Virus record (IMG/VR): IMGVR_UViG_3300012667_000671
Location: 1 to 29,949 of that record
DNA: 29,949 nt
DNA from: a virus
Lineage: Duplodnaviria > Caudoviricetes
Reading direction: 5' to 3' (one strand)
Numbering within the stretch: the first letter of the stretch is position 1; each line of letters opens with the position of its first letter. Positions 27,136 through 29,949 of the stretch are shown here, piece after piece. The notes beneath the pieces are model-generated. The model saw only the letters and a list, made by a program, of their open reading frames with translations, did no database searches and was not told the DNA's origin. Position numbers and translations under genes: made by a program.

Positions 27136-28593
27136 ATGTCTTCTAAAGTTTCATATGCTTTCCTTGGTGATGGCAACAGTTCATCGAAGAATAGCAGCGC
27201 ATTCCCTCTTGTAGTCGAAGGCTCAGGTGGTGAAGCCGCAAGCTTCACCTTACCAACACCAGCTCCCGTAGCTGTAGCTCATAACACCACCACAGCCTCT
27301 ATAAGCATTCCCTCTGTAGAAGGTGGCACATCTCCCTACTCCTACATAGCAGCCATCTCATATGATAGTGCAGGCACCTACACGGCCTATATAAGCTCTA
27401 TCACTAGCTCAGCATGTGAGCTTGCTGGCCTGGTCAATGGTCAGACTGTTGGCGTTGTCATTACTGTCACTGATGAAAATGGCGATGTAGCCAGGGCTAC
27501 TGCTTATGTTACTGTGGCCTCTTCAGGCGCAGGAGCAATGTCTCCTGGGGGCTTCCCTGGAAGCCAGAACCTAGCTGCTGGTAGCACTACTACTGACATA
27601 GTCTTCAATGCTGTCGGTGGTACATCAACCGCTCCAGTAAGCTATGTAGTTAGTATCATATCTGGTCCAGGTGTCGTATCTAATAGTGGTTTGACCGCTA
27701 CATTAACAGGGCTAGTAGATGGAGAGACTACGCTTGTTCGTCTAAGAGCTACTGATAGTGATGGCTCGCCTCGCACAGCAGATGCCTACGCTCTTGTCAA
27801 TGTAGCTGACAGTGCATCACCGCTTGCATGGAAGACCATCCGCCAGTTCAACATGAAAGAACAAACGCCTACTACGTTTATTTCTGGCGCACAAACTGTT
27901 AACCTTGTCGATGAAAATACTGGAGCAACCGTAGCTTGTACGCTTACACATAGCATGGGCTCTGGTGCATTCTCCTCAGTAGCATCTACATTGTCTGCTG
28001 AGAATGGATGGAGATACCAGTGGATATCTACTGCTACGGGCACGTTCATACGAGGACCATTGGACATACCGCTTGGCCTTACACTAGGTCTAGATGACGA
28101 GGTTCGTATCATCATAGTTGGTAAAGCTAAACAACCTGCCGGCGGAAACAGCTTCTACTGGCAGGCAGTAAACAATAGCTCGGCTAACGAAGATGCTGCT
28201 CAGGCTAATGGTTTCCGTCTTCTAAAGAATGGCGCTTCTTCGGCTATGTACCTAAGGGCTGGTGCTGCTTCTGGTACTATCATAAGCCAGGTCAGTACAC
28301 CACCATGTCCCGTTTCATGGTATGATGGTACTGTGGTCCTTACACAGACAATGGTGTTTGCGCGTAGGAACACTAGAGCTTACGTAGAGGTTAGCGGTAC
28401 TGGCTCTGTACTGTCTGCTGACCTAGGACACATAGCTGCTACACCATCAAGCAATGCCATTAGGGGAGGATGGGCTTCAGGGAAGAGCGTGCTTACTATT
28501 CAGCATATGGGCAGTAATGGTGCAGGCAATGGCTTGGGAGAACAATACTGTGAGATACATTCTATAACCATTCAACGTAGAACACTACCTTAA
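27136..28593 (+). CDS. Putative fibre/adhesin with two Ig-like repeats and a beta-rich C-terminal domain
   Basis: Repeats GGTSPYSY..LAGLVNGQT..VTDENG and GGTSTAPVSY..LTGLVDGET..ATDSDG. Confidence 0.65.
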   Translation: MSSKVSYAFLGDGNSSSKNSSAFPLVVEGSGGEAASFTLPTPAPVAVAHNTTTASISIPSVEGGTSPYSYIAAISYDSAGTYTAYISSITSSACELAGLVNGQTVGVVITVTDENGDVARATAYVTVASSGAGAMSPGGFPGSQNLAAGSTTTDIVFNAVGGTSTAPVSYVVSIISGPGVVSNSGLTATLTGLVDGETTLVRLRATDSDGSPRTADAYALVNVADSASPLAWKTIRQFNMKEQTPTTFISGAQTVNLVDENTGATVACTLTHSMGSGAFSSVASTLSAENGWRYQWISTATGTFIRGPLDIPLGLTLGLDDEVRIIIVGKAKQPAGGNSFYWQAVNNSSANEDAAQANGFRLLKNGASSAMYLRAGAASGTIISQVSTPPCPVSWYDGTVVLTQTMVFARRNTRAYVEVSGTGSVLSADLGHIAATPSSNAIRGGWASGKSVLTIQHMGSNGAGNGLGEQYCEIHSITIQRRTLP

Positions 28594-28602
28594 GGAGATA
28601 TC

Positions 28603-28815
28603 ATGCGTGTAAACGACATAATGATAGAATACCGCGCTACCTCTGACGAGGCTGGCGCTATACCTGAAGAGGGAAAGAGCTTCACTATCTGGTTTAGCTC
28701 AGCAGACCTTGCTGAGCTACAGGCTAGATATGATGCTAGCAGCGGAACATCACCATCAGTGAGCGATGCACGTCCTATCCTACGGGCCTTGCTTGATGCT
28801 GAAAGAGAGGCTTAA
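28603..28815 (+). CDS. Small hypothetical protein (70 aa)
   Basis: TAAGGAG RBS; TAATG overlap with the next gene. Confidence 0.7.
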   Translation: MRVNDIMIEYRATSDEAGAIPEEGKSFTIWFSSADLAELQARYDASSGTSPSVSDARPILRALLDAEREA

Positions 28816-29093
28816 TGGAAGCTGAACTCATAGTCACAACCATTACTGCTCTTGCTCAGCCTGGAGGTTTGATAGTTCTTGTAGCTCTTGTCCTTTGGGG
28901 TGCTTATAATATCATGGTTAAGCATGTACTTCCGATGCAAGAGAGGCACATCAACTCTTTGCTTAAAGATGCCGCTGATGACAGAGAACTATTCAAGGAT
29001 GCTTTCTCTGCTGTGGGTCTTAAGCTAGAGAAGGTCACTGATAGACTTGAACACCTAGAGGATAAGGTGACCATCCTCTTCAAGGCTAAGTAA
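28815..29093 (+). CDS. Putative holin
   Basis: N-terminal TM segment GGLIVLVALVLWGAY plus coiled coil, directly before the endolysin. Confidence 0.65.
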   Translation: MEAELIVTTITALAQPGGLIVLVALVLWGAYNIMVKHVLPMQERHINSLLKDAADDRELFKDAFSAVGLKLEKVTDRLEHLEDKVTILFKAK

Positions 29094-29094
29094 G

Positions 29095-29490
29095 ATGTTT
29101 CGCTTTTCAAACAAGTCAGCCGCCAACATCAGTCAGTGTGCTCCTCCCCTACAAGTCCTCATGTACAAAGCCCTGCTTAAGCAAGAGCTAGACTTCACCG
29201 TGATATGTGGTCATAGAGGAGAGAAGGAACAGAACGAGGCTTATAGGAATGGAACCTCTAAGTTACTCTTTCCAAGAAGCAAGCACAATGTCTCACCGTC
29301 ACTAGCTATAGATGTAGTACCATACCCTCTGGACTGGAAGAACATAGCTAGCTTCAAAAAGCTAGCTATACTCATCAAGGAAACATGGGCTGAGCTTACT
29401 CCTGAAGAGAAGCAAGGTTACACTCTGTCTTGGGGTGGTGACTGGAATAGCTTCAAGGACTATCCTCATTGGGAACTTAGAAGAGGTTAG
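29095..29490 (+). CDS. Endolysin, M15-family L-Ala-D-Glu peptidase (T5 lysin-like)
   Basis: DFTVICGHR..EQ, SKH......AID, WGGDW and DYPHWEL Zn-peptidase motifs. Confidence 0.92.
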   Translation: MFRFSNKSAANISQCAPPLQVLMYKALLKQELDFTVICGHRGEKEQNEAYRNGTSKLLFPRSKHNVSPSLAIDVVPYPLDWKNIASFKKLAILIKETWAELTPEEKQGYTLSWGGDWNSFKDYPHWELRRG

Positions 29491-29501
29491 TTTAGAATAT
29501 G

Positions 29502-29561
29502 AGAGCCCCCTCTTGTTAGTAGTCCACGGTGAGTTGTGGTCTGCTAGTAGGAGGAGGCTCT
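29502..29561 (+). other. 28-bp imperfect RNA hairpin rich in G-U pairs
   Basis: 29502-29529 pairs with 29534-29561: 20 Watson-Crick, 6 G-U, 2 mismatches. Confidence 0.7.
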
Positions 29562-29614
29562 TCTCTATTGTGCTCTTAGGTATACAGCTATTGCGAATAT
29601 CAGGAAGAGAACTG

Positions 29615-29725
29615 CTATGATGAGGACTGTTTCGATGACGGCTCCTTTCTGAGTCTGGTGTAAGATACATGGAGTAGTACTGCTGCGGAATAGGCTGCTA
29701 GGAATATCAGGTATGCTTCGAGCAT
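29615..29725 (-). CDS. Small membrane peptide (36 aa), below the ORF-track cutoff
   Basis: AGGAG 9 nt before ATG; MLEAYLIFLAAYSAAVLLHVSYTRLRKEPSSKQSSS. Confidence 0.5.
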   Translation of the reverse strand: MLEAYLIFLAAYSAAVLLHVSYTRLRKEPSSKQSSS

Positions 29726-29828
29726 GTAGGTTGTCTCCTGGTGTGGTGTGTTGTCTCTTGGTAGAGGTGTCCCTCTTAGGGGACACCGTATAGGTTTCTC
29801 TGGTTGTAACTTACAGGGTATTGGTTGA

Positions 29829-29857
29829 GGCTATATAGGGAGGAAGCATACTGTTCT
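29829..29857 (-). promoter_or_regulatory. Recurrent motif, copy I (upstream of small peptide ORFs)
   Basis: Minus strand AGAACAGTATGCTTCCTCCCTATATAGCC. Confidence 0.5.
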
Positions 29858-29949
29858 TGGAGGAGGATGTTTGGTGGCGCCGCTTATTGGTGTAAGCACA
29901 CTAGGTACAGAGGTTCATCAGGAACCTCTCTTGCTTTTAATGGAGGCAT

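Noticed and set aside
29565-29786. 73-aa minus ORF as annotated
   Set aside because: Its GTG start lies in a hairpin without an RBS; two shorter RBS-supported frames fit better.
1-29949. Stop-codon reassignment, given abundant TAG triplets
   Set aside because: Genes are full length and densely packed under the standard bacterial code, and some end in TAG or TGA.
1-29949. tRNA, rRNA, integrase, methyltransferase or spanin genes
   Set aside because: None recognisable here; they may lie outside the window.

Overview
This window is a segment of a tailed dsDNA phage with podovirus-like (short-tail) gene order. On the + strand it runs: two sigma-70 region-4-like HTH regulators, terminase, portal, FmdB-type zinc ribbon, scaffolding protein, major capsid and cement proteins, adaptor, nozzle, three tail appendage proteins, three putative ejection proteins (279, 549 and 2045 aa), an Ig-like adhesin, holin and an M15 endolysin. 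A three-gene minus-strand cassette (PD-(D/E)XK nuclease, GIY-YIG/NUMOD3 endonuclease, small hypothetical) sits between the scaffold and capsid genes. The most striking feature is that I found no copy of the degenerate palindrome RATY (GATC, AATT, GATT, AATC) when reading all 30 kb by eye, where roughly 500 would be expected from composition. An orphan restriction-like nuclease lies in the same window. Other observations are a recurrent intergenic motif (AGAA..CTAYNTAGC), a promoter-to-terminator antisense sRNA rich in ANGGA motifs, structured intergenic regions and unannotated small hydrophobic peptides. All product calls come from motif recognition and gene order; no database searches were run.
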